DNA from: Bacteroidia bacterium
Lineage (GTDB): Bacteria; Bacteroidota; Ignavibacteria; SZUA-365
Length of the DNA stretch: 64,000 nt
NCBI GenBank assembly: GCA_027493955.1
Contig: JAOSJT010000001.1
Coordinates: 1,349,131 to 1,413,130 of the forward strand
Direction of reading: 5' to 3'
Position numbers and translations under genes: made by a program. Position 1 is the stretch's first letter, and each line of letters starts with the position of its first letter. Shown here one piece after another: positions 37,895 through 48,867 of the stretch. A model generated the notes under the pieces. It did no database searches, had not been told where the DNA came from, and saw only the letters and a list, made by a program, of their open reading frames with translations.

Positions 37895-40800
37895 CTATCC
37901 AGAGGTATTGCTTCCGTTCTGCAACAGCCGCTGCTTCAACACCACTCCCTCACCGGATTGTCCGTTCACGAGAATTTCCACATCCTCCGGCGCGAGAACA
38001 TGCTTGCAATACGTCGTTTCCTCCTGCACCGGCAACGACTCCAGCCAGTCCCAGTCAATGCTGTGCTGCTCGTTGTAATGCCGCAGCGTGAAATACGCAA
38101 TGCGGAACGACGTGAGATTCTGAAAAAAATGCGATCCCTGCGACGGATCAATGATCATGTCCGGGAGAGAGGTCTCGGCGATGGCACGCGCGGAGGAGAT
38201 GTCGGAAAAACCCACCGGGATGCCGAGCGACGGATCGGAGCTACCCCAACGGCCCGGTCCGATCAGCAGATACGGTGTACGCTCGGCAAGCAGGCGCTGA
38301 TTGATGGCGCTGATTTCCTTGACCATCATGCGCGTTTTCATGGCGCTGAAGGTCTCGGGTTTGACGTAGACGATATGCCGCACATGGGTCAGGCCGTTGC
38401 CCAACGCCTGCTCGCTGCGGAAGAGGACGGACTCCTGCGGGACGGCGCTCATATTCACGTTCACGCTCCCCTCCTGCTTGACCATGGGCCGGAGCTGCAG
38501 AAAGCTGAACTCCGCCGGAGCGGCCGCCTTCCGTCCAAGCCGTACGGCGAATTCGATCTCGACGGGACAATTCACCGCGGTCTCGCACATTCCCACCAGA
38601 AGTCGAACCACCTCATTCAACGGAATGATGCCGGATTTGAGAATGGGTGCGAAGGTCAGCACGCGCGGTCCCTGGCGGCCGATGCCTTCGTACAGACGAT
38701 CATCCTGTCCGGAATACGTGGAGGCGAGATGCTCCAGCGTGCCGTGCTTCTCCGCCTCATCAAGGCCGAGGACGACCAGATTCTGATCCTCGCGCGGATA
38801 TTTCCGGACGATATCGGATTCCAGATCCAGCGCGTAGAATTTCAGCTGCGAATTGTGAAACAGATCGCGCGTGGTCCCGAACTGCGGATACACCGTCGGA
38901 TAGGCGGGACTGAACTGCAGGCTCGTACCGCCATCAACGATGGTCTTTCCGAGGCCCAGCGCGAGATTCACGACGCCATCTTTCTGTTTCGCCTTGCCGA
39001 AGGGATAGTAGTTGAAGGAGCGCGCCACACCGGAAATATGCGGATAGAAATAGCGTCCGCAGCGGTCCCCGGCGATTTCCTGTATCACCACCGCCATACG
39101 CTCCTCTTCGATGCGGTTGGATGTGGCTTCGATGTAATTCCGCGCGGCGCGGAAATACGTGGACGCATACACAAATTTCACCGCTTGCGTCAGGTTGTGG
39201 AAACGCACCGACGGATCGCTGCTGCTGTTCGGTATCATCACCGTGGCGTAAATGCCGGCGAAGGGCTGATACATGGCGTCTTCGAGCAGCGACGAGGAAC
39301 GTACGGCCAGAGGAAAGCGCGCTTTGTCCAGAATGGCGCGCAGGTCGCCGAGCACGGTCGGCGGCAGATCAGCGTGTAGAAAGGCGCGGAGTATTTCGCC
39401 GTCGGAGACGTTCAGCAGGGCGAGTTCGAGCAAATCGTTTTGCTCGACAAATTGCGTGAAAACGTCCGTGCCGAGTACGATGGTGCGCGGTATGGAGATG
39501 CTCATGTCCGGGAAGAAATCCCGATCCAGATATTTCCGGAGCAGATTATCCGTGAACGCCAGGCCGCGTCCCTTGCCGCCGAGTGAACCCGAGCCGATGC
39601 GCAAAAAGCGGCTCTCGCTGTCGTAGTCGCTGCGGCTGAAATCCTGTATCACCCCTTTCTGATCCTGCACGAGGTGCTCGGTGATGACGGAGATCAGATA
39701 GGCGCGCAGTTCTTCGATACTCGTGAACTGGCTTACCTTCACCGGCTTGATGCGGTCCGCCAGCTCGAAGCGGGTACGCGCACAGAGCCAGTTGCTGAAG
39801 TGATCGCGCCGCGCATGGAATTCCAGAGACGCGGCGGGGATGTAGCGAAGCTTTTCGCGCAGGTCGCGAATCGTTCGCGCGCGGGACAGCTCGGTGCCAT
39901 CGGGCTCGCGAAACACGAAATCCCCGAAACCGAAGTTCTGCGTCATGAATTCGCTGAGCTCCTGCAACAGAATGCGGGAATTCTTGTCCACGAACGCCAG
40001 CCCTTCGTGTTCGATACGCAGCCGGTATTCCGTGCTCGAAGACTGGATCAGAATGGGGAGTTCCTCATTGAGCAGGCGTGCCTCGGCGGCGAACATCAGA
40101 CCCGCTTCGGGATCGGTCTCGCCGCCCCGGGTGAAGGACAGATCGGAAATAATGCCCAGTATGCCTTTGCCGTACCGCCGGAGCAGCGCGGTGGCTTCCT
40201 CATAGTTTCGCGCGAGCAGAATTTTCGGACGGGCGCGCTGCCGCAGCAATTTGTCCGCGAAGTTTCTCCCCTCTTCGATCAAACCCTGCGTCTGACGGAT
40301 CAGCTCCGCGTAAATCAGCGGGAGATAGGATGAATAAAACCAGGGGGAATCCTCGACAAGCAACACCGCGCGCACACCGAAATCGAGGCAGTCCACCGGC
40401 GCGTTGCGAATATCCTCGAAGAGCTTGATTATGGCGAGAAACAACGTGCGATCACCGGACCAGACGAAGACGTTGTCGAAAATGCGCATATCGGCGGTGT
40501 TCATGAACAGCTCGAACTCCGCCGATTGAAAGGACAGAAGAAACACCGGCAGCTCGGGATGACGATGCTTGAGCGCGGAACAAAAGGACGCCAGGTCCAT
40601 ATCGCCCAGACGCAGCATGCTGATGACGATGTCGAATTCCCGCGTTTCCAGAAGCTGCAGTGCCGCCTCACCCGAACTCACCCGCGTGATATGCGGCGCG
40701 TAGTGAAGGTTCAGCTCGGAGTACTCGTTGAAAATGGCCTCTGTCAACTGACCGTCTTCCACGAGCGTGTAGTAATCGTACAGACTCGACACGAGCAGGA

Positions 40801-40930
40801 TATTGTTCACCCGCACCCGCATCAGATCCTTGAAGTCCAGCTGGCGCCGTTGACGCGCGCGATAATCCTCGCCGAACTGGCTGATCAGTCTGGTGACTTC
40901 ATCGTCGTAGCTGCTAGCGGCAATGGCCAT
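37895..40930 (-). CDS. Large fusion protein: two receiver-like (CheY-like) domains plus a pyruvate-phosphate-dikinase N-terminal-type ATP-grasp (PEP/pyruvate-binding, PPDK_N) domain
   Basis: Receiver-like blocks ILLVSS...DIVISMLRLGDMD and VLLVEDS. PPDK_N-like P-loop region FLRIGSGSLGGKGRGLAF. 1011 aa. Confidence 0.65.
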   Translation of the reverse strand: MAIAASSYDDEVTRLISQFGEDYRARQRRQLDFKDLMRVRVNNILLVSSLYDYYTLVEDGQLTEAIFNEYSELNLHYAPHITRVSSGEAALQLLETREFDIVISMLRLGDMDLASFCSALKHRHPELPVFLLSFQSAEFELFMNTADMRIFDNVFVWSGDRTLFLAIIKLFEDIRNAPVDCLDFGVRAVLLVEDSPWFYSSYLPLIYAELIRQTQGLIEEGRNFADKLLRQRARPKILLARNYEEATALLRRYGKGILGIISDLSFTRGGETDPEAGLMFAAEARLLNEELPILIQSSSTEYRLRIEHEGLAFVDKNSRILLQELSEFMTQNFGFGDFVFREPDGTELSRARTIRDLREKLRYIPAASLEFHARRDHFSNWLCARTRFELADRIKPVKVSQFTSIEELRAYLISVITEHLVQDQKGVIQDFSRSDYDSESRFLRIGSGSLGGKGRGLAFTDNLLRKYLDRDFFPDMSISIPRTIVLGTDVFTQFVEQNDLLELALLNVSDGEILRAFLHADLPPTVLGDLRAILDKARFPLAVRSSSLLEDAMYQPFAGIYATVMIPNSSSDPSVRFHNLTQAVKFVYASTYFRAARNYIEATSNRIEEERMAVVIQEIAGDRCGRYFYPHISGVARSFNYYPFGKAKQKDGVVNLALGLGKTIVDGGTSLQFSPAYPTVYPQFGTTRDLFHNSQLKFYALDLESDIVRKYPREDQNLVVLGLDEAEKHGTLEHLASTYSGQDDRLYEGIGRQGPRVLTFAPILKSGIIPLNEVVRLLVGMCETAVNCPVEIEFAVRLGRKAAAPAEFSFLQLRPMVKQEGSVNVNMSAVPQESVLFRSEQALGNGLTHVRHIVYVKPETFSAMKTRMMVKEISAINQRLLAERTPYLLIGPGRWGSSDPSLGIPVGFSDISSARAIAETSLPDMIIDPSQGSHFFQNLTSFRIAYFTLRHYNEQHSIDWDWLESLPVQEETTYCKHVLAPEDVEILVNGQSGEGVVLKQRLLQNGSNTSG

Positions 40931-41084
40931 GGATACGCACCGTTACACATTGAGCGAGAAGAAGGTTCGGGGTACCGGGATCACCGACCGGCGCGTTTCG
41001 CCGCGCATGCGGGCAGTGTACACCGACGTTGCGGACCGCGTCCGTGCAGAGACACAGAAGCTCCGGCGCGATGCCGTACGCCCG

Positions 41085-42371
41085 CTACACCCAGCCACGC
41101 ATTCTGCAGGCTTCGGCCACGCGGGCGATGGCGATCATGTAGGCGGCGTCGCGCATGGGAATGCCCCGACGATGCGCCATACCCGATACGGCGAAATAGG
41201 CGTCGGTCATTTTCGCGTCCAGTTTACTGATCACCTCGTCGCGTGTCCAGTAGTAATTCATGTTGCTCTGCACCTGCTCGAAGTAGCTGCAGGTAACGCC
41301 GCCGGCGTTCGCGAGGAAATCCGGGATAAGCCAGATGCCTTTCTCGCGTATGACGGGATCAGCCACGGGCGTGGTGGGCCCATTCGCCCCCTCGGCGATG
41401 ATTTTAACGGAGGGAGAAATGGATTTGACCGTATCGCGATTGATTTGATTCTCGAGCGCGGCGGGAATCAGCACATCCACGTCCTGTTCTATCCACGCGT
41501 CGCCCGGCAGCACCTCATAGCCGGCGTCCAGGGCCTTCTCCTTGCTGATCTCTCCGTAGGAGTTCGTGAGTGTGCGCAGCACTTTCAGGTCGACGCCGTC
41601 TTTTTTCCGGAAGGCGACGGCGGTTTGCTCCTTCTGATTCCAGCTCGAGACGCAGATGGTTTTCCCGCCGTAATAGTTGAGCAGCTCTATGGCATACTGG
41701 GCCACGTTGCCGAAGCCCTGTACCGACGCCGTGGCGTCGGCGATGTTCAAGCCCAGTTCCTGCAGCGCTTCGCGTACGGTGTATATTACACCGTAGCCGG
41801 TGGATTCGGCGCGCCCCAGCGAACCGCCGAGACCTACGGGCTTGCCCGTAATGGCGCCGGGGCTGCGATGGCCCACGAGCGTTTCGTACTCATCGAGCAT
41901 CCAGAGCATGTGCTGCGACGAGGTCATCACATCGGGCGCGGGGATGTCGATGTCCGGGCCGATGAATTTCGCCACCTGCCGCACCCAGCCCCTGCAGAGC
42001 GCTTCCTGCTCCCGCTGCGAAAGATTGTGCGGATCGCAGACCACGCCGCCCTTCCCTCCGCCGAGTGGAATATCCACGACGGCTGTTTTCCACGTCATCC
42101 ACATGGACAGTGCCCGGACGGTGTCGGCGGTTTCCTGCGGATGGAAGCGGACACCGCCTTTGCATGGCCCCCGCGCATCATTGTGCTGAATACGGAAGCC
42201 GCGGAACACCTTGCAGCTGCCGTCATCCATACGGATGGGGATGTTGAAATGAAATTCGCGGTCTGGTACGCGCAACAACGAGCGCGTTCCGTCATCCAGC
42301 CCGAGCCGTTCCGCAAAGGAATCGAACTGCTGTTGCGCCATTTTGTAGGGATTGAACGAATCTCCGCTCAT
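41085..42371 (-). CDS. gdhA: Glutamate dehydrogenase (NAD(P)+)
   Basis: Catalytic region GGGKGG and the NAD-binding segment GFGNVAQYA. The start MSGDSFNPYKMAQQQFD at 42371 was verified. Confidence 0.9.
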   Translation of the reverse strand: MSGDSFNPYKMAQQQFDSFAERLGLDDGTRSLLRVPDREFHFNIPIRMDDGSCKVFRGFRIQHNDARGPCKGGVRFHPQETADTVRALSMWMTWKTAVVDIPLGGGKGGVVCDPHNLSQREQEALCRGWVRQVAKFIGPDIDIPAPDVMTSSQHMLWMLDEYETLVGHRSPGAITGKPVGLGGSLGRAESTGYGVIYTVREALQELGLNIADATASVQGFGNVAQYAIELLNYYGGKTICVSSWNQKEQTAVAFRKKDGVDLKVLRTLTNSYGEISKEKALDAGYEVLPGDAWIEQDVDVLIPAALENQINRDTVKSISPSVKIIAEGANGPTTPVADPVIREKGIWLIPDFLANAGGVTCSYFEQVQSNMNYYWTRDEVISKLDAKMTDAYFAVSGMAHRRGIPMRDAAYMIAIARVAEACRMRGWV

Positions 42372-42975
42372 GCCGGCACTCCTGAAAGGTGAGTCGCTTC
42401 TGTTTTTCGATGCAAAGCCGGGGTGCTTCAAGATTCTCAGCCCCGGGACGGATTCATCACTGAAATTAGGGCTTTTCGGCGACATTCTCAATTCTGCATC
42501 GGGAACTCTGAATTGAGTAGGAGGGAGTTGGGGATGTCTGATTTCCTAGCGCTGCCACCTCCACCTCTCGAAACCATGCGTTAATAGTGGCACAGGACTC
42601 GGTAGCGAGTTGCGAAGGTGGGGATTGTAACTTGTGGCACAATTCGAAATTACGTTTTGCGCGAAACGGGTTGTAGGCTGCGGGATCATGATTTGGAAAA
42701 TATATCAGACAGAAGTGCATGCCGACTCAACCGCATGTCATCTCGTGTGTTCTACTGATCAGGGATCAGCATCAGAACTTGTCGCTTCCTTCTTGGATCT
42801 TAACGGGGTATCGAAACTGAATAAATTTATCCCGAACAAGACACGGATTCATAACATGCGGATCTATGAAAAAGGGAGGACGCAGTGTTCCTCCCTTTGT
42901 GAGTATTCGTCGATGATTGAGTAGTAGGACTATATTTCCGGACTTCGGTACTGAGTTCTAACCAGAGTATACATC

Positions 42976-43305
42976 TTACTCGGGAAATTCGGTAATCTCG
43001 TATTCCGTAGGGATACGATCTGTAGAGGCTCCGATACTCGCTCCGCGCCCCTCGAACTCGTCGTGTACGGTAAAATCTTTACCGTCTGATGAGACACAGT
43101 AGCACGGAACTGGTTCTGGCCAACAATAGAAGGTATGAACTCTTCCACCATCTGCGTTCATACCCCAGGTTTTACTTTCATATCTGCCATCCCTACATGT
43201 TCCCGCGCCACTCCAAGTATAGCCATCTTGCGCGGTGTAGTTCGTAGACGTTGACACGCTCAAGAAGGCGAGCGCGAAAACAATGAAGACCATCAGCAAC
43301 TTCAT
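42976..43305 (-). CDS. Small secreted Cys/Trp-rich hypothetical protein (109 aa) in low-GC island
   Basis: Signal peptide MKLLMVFIVFALAFLSVS, and 5 Cys (CRDGRY, FYCWPEPVPCYC). Confidence 0.5.
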   Translation of the reverse strand: MKLLMVFIVFALAFLSVSTSTNYTAQDGYTWSGAGTCRDGRYESKTWGMNADGGRVHTFYCWPEPVPCYCVSSDGKDFTVHDEFEGRGASIGASTDRIPTEYEITEFPE

Positions 43306-43367
43306 TTCACCTCCAGTTTATAACGATGCCCACATTCATTGTGAATCGACAGGTATATGCATTTCGA

Positions 43368-43781
43368 TTACAGTCTGTTTGATTTGCGTTTTAATCTGTA
43401 TATAATTGCAGGAATAGCGTTTTCACTTGTACCGATATATATAGTATCCTTCTTGTGCAAGGCTATCACCCATGGGTACGTCGTTGGATCTATCGACGAA
43501 ACACTGTCCGCTGGATAGTATTTCACATCGAATCCCTTTTTCGCGAACAAAGCAATTCTTTTCCGAGCTTCAATCGGCCGTTCAGCGACAACGTATATTG
43601 TGTTTCGGAAGGAATATAACTCCAACCGCCTACAACACTCTATAAGAGTTGAAACACAAGATATGCAACCATCTGCCGGTATAAACATTTTCACGGTAGC
43701 ATTGTTATCAAATTTCTGCGCTATACTGGGTACCACCGCCCAGAACGAGTAAAATAGGGTACATAGCAGAAACCGTCGCAC
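43368..43781 (-). CDS. Small secreted hypothetical protein with CxxC/CC motifs (thioredoxin-like?) in low-GC island
   Basis: Signal peptide MRRFLLCTLFYSFWAVVPSIAQ, and Cys motifs DGCISCVSTLIECC. Confidence 0.45.
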   Translation of the reverse strand: MRRFLLCTLFYSFWAVVPSIAQKFDNNATVKMFIPADGCISCVSTLIECCRRLELYSFRNTIYVVAERPIEARKRIALFAKKGFDVKYYPADSVSSIDPTTYPWVIALHKKDTIYIGTSENAIPAIIYRLKRKSNRL

Positions 43782-43791
43782 GCCTTCACCC

Positions 43792-44985
43792 TCAATTTAT
43801 TATGATTTTATACTTGTACATAAGGTAGTTCCTCTCCCCCGTTGTGCTCCTGGCAATAACATAGGCATAGTCATTCTCGTCGAGCACGATTTGCTCAATG
43901 ATCCTGGATATGTTTTCAAACGTCGCAGTTCCAATGTAGCGAAGCGAACCTGGATGATATAAGTGAGCTGCATAGCGAATATTGTTACCATATTTTTCCA
44001 TTGCAAAGACGCATAGATGACGACAGGATTCGCTGATTGACCTTATTGCAATTCGATCTGGCGATAACTGTTCACCAACATTCCCGCCTCGTGGGAGCGC
44101 ACATGCTATTCGATCCTCCATATAGTAAAGGTATGGCTCAACCCCATGAGAATACAAACACACGCCATCATTTTTCCAAAATACGACTGGCTCTTCTATG
44201 GCATACTCCCAAGGGGTTGCTTCTCTTTTGGCAAAAATGTATGTATTATCGTCTGGCTTGCTATATCGAAACATTGTTTTAGGATTGTCAATATTGTTCT
44301 TTAATGTCATCAATCCTCCTATAATAGTATCGCATGCGGGATTCAGATAATACGAACCACAAACATAGTTATACGGATACAACGTTATCTGGCAGACTGT
44401 TAGTCTTTTTGAGTGCGTGTCAACGCGTAAGAGTGCCGGTAAACCGAGAACAGTTGTATCCTGCTTATGATTCCTGCTAATGATACACGGACCGGAGACC
44501 AAGGTTAGTAACACAATCTCATCATCTGAGATGATTCTGTAACCTCTGACGTAATGTTGAATTCGCGCAAGTAATTCCTCGTTTCTAATGCATTTACGCG
44601 AAATACTGTAGGCTTGCTGCGAATCAGGCTTGATGTACCCTTTAATTTCCCTGACTTCCCGTTGATTCTGCGGAAACAGCGAATCGACGAGTTCTTCTTT
44701 TAATTCAAAGTGGAATGTAACAGCTCCTGATTTTATGTCTCGAAATGTGATGGAATTATCCATGAATCCTGAGATGATGAGTTGTTCCTTCTCTATACTT
44801 GCAACATTCACAGATACTATCTCACAGCCTTCATCTTCCGACAGAACAACGGAATCCACCAATGAGTACTCAACGATTGCCTCATTAGGACGTTCCAGAG
44901 GTACTTTTGAGGACACAGCTAACGAAATTGCGGCTACCACAATTGGGAGACAGACAATGGCCGCTATTCTTGTTTTCGCCTTCAT
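43792..44985 (-). CDS. Membrane-anchored/secreted hypothetical protein (397 aa), beta-rich, low-GC island
   Basis: Trimmed to MKAKTRIAAIVCLPIVVAAISLAVSS; the ATG at 44985 was verified. Rich in Tyr, Asn and Ile; no family recognised. The ORF-track start at 45219 is an upstream extension rich in Arg and Lys. Confidence 0.5.
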   Translation of the reverse strand: MKAKTRIAAIVCLPIVVAAISLAVSSKVPLERPNEAIVEYSLVDSVVLSEDEGCEIVSVNVASIEKEQLIISGFMDNSITFRDIKSGAVTFHFELKEELVDSLFPQNQREVREIKGYIKPDSQQAYSISRKCIRNEELLARIQHYVRGYRIISDDEIVLLTLVSGPCIISRNHKQDTTVLGLPALLRVDTHSKRLTVCQITLYPYNYVCGSYYLNPACDTIIGGLMTLKNNIDNPKTMFRYSKPDDNTYIFAKREATPWEYAIEEPVVFWKNDGVCLYSHGVEPYLYYMEDRIACALPRGGNVGEQLSPDRIAIRSISESCRHLCVFAMEKYGNNIRYAAHLYHPGSLRYIGTATFENISRIIEQIVLDENDYAYVIARSTTGERNYLMYKYKIIIN

Positions 44986-45225
44986 TCGGACCTCCGTCTT
45001 TCTTCTCGAACCAATTTTCTTTGACTCTCTATTTGTATTTACCCACCACTTGCTCCGCCTTGGCGAGTTTTTTTGTATTTTTTTTTCAGTCGCCGACGTT
45101 TTTCTTCGAAGTTCGCGCGATTCGCCGGTTCTCACTGAGTTTGTCGCGCTCGTGCGGAGCCGTTCCTCGCCTGTTGCCCGGCCTTTTCCATGGCTCCGCG
45201 GCGAAATTTGCCACGACAATGCCGA

Positions 45226-46353
45226 TCACCTTCTACGGTTCCAGGTCGTGCGCAATTCATCCCTGAACCAATTCACGATGTTCAGGTATATCGACCGATA
45301 CGTAGCCCTGTATTCCGCGGAGCTCATGCCTTCGTTCCTACGGAAATACACGGCGGGCTCTTCCGCGATCCCGATCAGACAATCACTGATCCACTCCCGG
45401 ATCGCGCCGAGCATGGCCTCTGCCACAGGCATCGTGAGCTTTCCTTTCCCGACATAGGCCGCACGCACCCATGCCCCCGTCGTATCGAGCGCCGCCTCGA
45501 TGCCGGCCCGCAGCTCATTTTCCTCTCTCTCCGGAATACCATGTTCGCTTGACTCACCCTCCCCGGACTTGTACATAGCCGCAGGCCACATCTTCGTATA
45601 GTGCAACACGTCCCTTTCGGGCACCTCGCGTCTGTAATCCTCCTGAGCGGCGAGGACACTCAGACTGGCAGTCAGAACCTGTACGACGGGATTAGTCGGG
45701 TGCCCCCCGCTCGATGAGGCGACGCGGGCGTTGTAGATCGGGAGATACCGGGGGATGCGCCGGAGGAGCTCCTCGACCGGCATGAACGGTCGGTCTTTCA
45801 GTATATCTCTGCCGGCAAGGCTGTATACGCGACCGAGCTCGGAGTCAGCATGCTTCAGTCCGGGCGTCTTTTTCCTATGATGATCAAGCGCCCTTAGAAG
45901 ATTTGTATGCGTGGCATTGTCTTCCGACAAAATGCGGCAAAACTCCTGACGCACGCAACGCCGGACGAGACCGTGTATATACCCGCACGGGAGTACGAAA
46001 TGCTCAGGGAAAGTGCAAATTGCCGCAAGCGATCGTCTGAGTTTCCCGCAGGGCTTCTTCCCGTCCCAAGCGAGAAGGCCTGCCATGCTATCATTCGCCA
46101 CGTCGCGTTGCGACAGGCCCAACTCGTCGAGCCGCCAATATCCGTGATGCATCTGACGCCCGACTTCCTCATATTCAAACGTCAGCATTATCTGAATAGG
46201 CTCCGCCACCTCGGCGTTGCTCAGCGTCCGCTCCAACAGACCCCGGAACAAACGCTCATGCACGTTTTTGTGTTCGCACTCCGCCATACGGGACTCCTCA
46301 CCTCGTTTGTCCGCAACATCCGGACCCGAACCCTCACGACACCGGGACATCAT
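45226..46353 (-). CDS. Cytoplasmic hypothetical protein (start possibly 46287, MAECEHKNV)
   Basis: High-GC ORF immediately upstream of, and co-oriented with, the low-GC island genes. No motif recognised. Confidence 0.5.
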   Translation of the reverse strand: MMSRCREGSGPDVADKRGEESRMAECEHKNVHERLFRGLLERTLSNAEVAEPIQIMLTFEYEEVGRQMHHGYWRLDELGLSQRDVANDSMAGLLAWDGKKPCGKLRRSLAAICTFPEHFVLPCGYIHGLVRRCVRQEFCRILSEDNATHTNLLRALDHHRKKTPGLKHADSELGRVYSLAGRDILKDRPFMPVEELLRRIPRYLPIYNARVASSSGGHPTNPVVQVLTASLSVLAAQEDYRREVPERDVLHYTKMWPAAMYKSGEGESSEHGIPEREENELRAGIEAALDTTGAWVRAAYVGKGKLTMPVAEAMLGAIREWISDCLIGIAEEPAVYFRRNEGMSSAEYRATYRSIYLNIVNWFRDELRTTWNRRR

Positions 46354-46529
46354 GCGCTCCGCGCGAAACAGGACAGACGATCCCGTCGCGGAGTGATCCA
46401 GGCTCCGGTCAACATTTTACGAGGTTTTTCTCTGATATGCAATATGGATTGAGACCGGAGAAAAGAAAAAGGGAAGCAACCCGGACGGATCACTTCCCTT
46501 CGCATACGGCAGGGTTCACTTCACCGATT

Positions 46530-47528
46530 TCACACCACCTGCCGGAACACTCTCCTCGTCATACGGAGCATGTGGCTTCCCCCCACCGGCAACCAACTGA
46601 AGCGATGCAGCGAGCCCAGAAACAATCCTGACATGATCAGCAGCAGACCCACGAATGTCGAGGGGTATATGCGTTCGCCAACGATGCCGCTTATCAGTAT
46701 CAGCGAAAGAAACGGCACCAGATACACAACATTCCCGATTCGCGCCGACGACTCGCCCGAGGTCAGCGCACGGAACCAGATCACATAGGTTATTCCCATT
46801 TCGAACAAGCCGATATACATCGACCCCAGCAGACCGCGTCCCTGCGGCAGAGTCAGACCATCGGTGAGCAGCAGGTAGATCAAAATAAACGCGGAGCCGA
46901 AGGCAAAGTTGACGAACAGACGGACGATGCGGTCTCGTTCTTCCCGCATGTTCAGTATCCAATAGCCCGCCCAGATCGCCGCGCTTGCCACGGCGCAGAG
47001 CAGTCCGCCGATATGCAACTCCGCCAGCGCGGCGGCACCGCCACCAAGCGAAATCACGACGACACCCACAAAGCTCATACTGATTTTTATATAATCCATA
47101 CGCAGGATTTTCTGGCCGAGGAACACCGCCGAGAGCAGTATCAGAAAAACGGGCCATATATAATTAATCGGCTGCGCGAACTGCGCAGGCAGCAAATCAT
47201 AGGAGGAGAACATCAGCAGATAGTAGAGAAAGGGATTCAGGGCGCCCAGCACGGCGGACTTACCATAATCCCGCAAGGACCAAAGATGCCGCAGTCTCCA
47301 CAACTTCCGCTGGCGGACAAGGACCAGAAACAGGACGACGAGCGAGGTGGCCGAGGCGGTGAGCAACATGGGACCCACCTTCGTATACCCGAGCGTCAGT
47401 TTGAACGCCGACGCGACCGTGGACCACAGAAAGGTGGCGAGTATCGCGTCCTGCAGGCCGCCGCCTTCGCGGAGTCCCGTGATTGCTTTCCAGCCGTTGC
47501 TTCGTATGCTCTGCGCAGATATCTGCAT
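46530..47528 (-). CDS. EamA/DMT-superfamily transporter (10 TM)
   Basis: Two EamA-like halves, each with 5 hydrophobic helices. Start placed at MQISAQSIRSNGWKAITG, 47528 verified. Confidence 0.75.
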   Translation of the reverse strand: MQISAQSIRSNGWKAITGLREGGGLQDAILATFLWSTVASAFKLTLGYTKVGPMLLTASATSLVVLFLVLVRQRKLWRLRHLWSLRDYGKSAVLGALNPFLYYLLMFSSYDLLPAQFAQPINYIWPVFLILLSAVFLGQKILRMDYIKISMSFVGVVVISLGGGAAALAELHIGGLLCAVASAAIWAGYWILNMREERDRIVRLFVNFAFGSAFILIYLLLTDGLTLPQGRGLLGSMYIGLFEMGITYVIWFRALTSGESSARIGNVVYLVPFLSLILISGIVGERIYPSTFVGLLLIMSGLFLGSLHRFSWLPVGGSHMLRMTRRVFRQVV

Positions 47529-48705
47529 TACCGTTTTTTCTGTTTTGCGTTGCGCCCCGCGGCAGTCGGCGCGGAGACACTGTGTTCGATACATGGAGAG
47601 GTTGGCCGGGTGACGGAGTCCGGTAGCGGTTGCTCGCGTCACCCTTCAGCGGAGGGTATGTTCAGAGGGAAGCGATTGCCGACCGCTCGTGAATGAAGTA
47701 CGCGCGCGCCGAGGAATCGTGGAGGGATTTTTGGAGGGGATTGACGTTTGTCATTTTCTCTGAGTTTATGTACCGCAATTGGTCGCGGCAGATTCGCTAT
47801 TAATATAGCGATTTATTTTGAGAAAGCAAGATCCTTGCAAATATATTCCGTATGATACTTCATTTCTCTGCAATTATCCTGCTTTATTCGACCAATAGTG
47901 CAATATTTTCACAAGAGAGAGGCTGCATTCAGCATATCTGCAGTATCGAAGTGGGGCTGGGATTCGCATCCTACGACATCATTAGAAATCGAACACCGGC
48001 GCAGTCCTGCTTATGACATCAGGTGATGTGTACCAAGGATGACTGTGGCCGGTCCCTTCGGCGGTAGGCGAGCGCTCTTCGGCTTCGTTCAGGGTGCGGA
48101 AACTCCGCACAAGGACCGAAACCACCGGGAATAATGTCATCCGCAAAATCGACCGGTGTACGCGCCTCTAAGAACGCTGTTACTGACATCGAGTAGGATT
48201 TACTTGCTTGACCGGACGCTGCTCCTTCGACTCCGTGCCCGTGAACGTCGGTGCATCCTCCAGCGATATTGCTGCGGGCACTCCGCTGCTAAGGACATGT
48301 TGGACGATATGGGTCGACTCTGAGACTACCAAACCTCGTCACCCTGAGTGTTTCTACCGGCGCGTACACCGGCCCATTTCTGAGCTGACATCTGAGACGT
48401 ATCAGTAGCGCCAACAAACCCCGTCACCCTGAGCGAAACGACCGCTGCACGTAGTGAGTCTGAGGCACAGACTTTCACGGTCGTGGAGTCGTCCTTCGAC
48501 AGCCACCGGGTGATACCTGGTCATTGCAGCTAAAATATTCTCGTGGTGGCTGCTCAGGAGGCCTGCGTCCGGAATCCGCGAGTCAAGTAGGTCCGCACAG
48601 TCTCCAAGATGTCATTAACAGGAGGCACGACAGGAAAGGTGCGTTTCGAAGCTCAGATTCAAGCAGAGTGCCGTCAGGGTGACCGTGTTTGCGTCGATTT
48701 CTTCA

Positions 48706-48762
48706 AACCAATGTCACACTCGAAATAAACGGCGTCCACCTGGGCGGACTGGTTGGCACACT
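48706..48762. repeat. Third copy of the 56-bp hairpin repeat seen at 2777-2832 and 2990-3046
   Basis: tgtcacactcgaaataaacggcgtccacctgggcggactggttggcacactt compared with tgtcatcgcatgaaatggaccggtgtccgcccaggcggacgggtaggcacact. Confidence 0.45.
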
Positions 48763-48867
48763 TGGTTCGAAGATCGAAGATTCGCTGTGGCGGACTCGTC
48801 GAGGCGAGCTGACAGGCTTATTTGGCATTGCTGCCGCTCTTACACCCTCTTTCCTTCTGTTCTTTCT

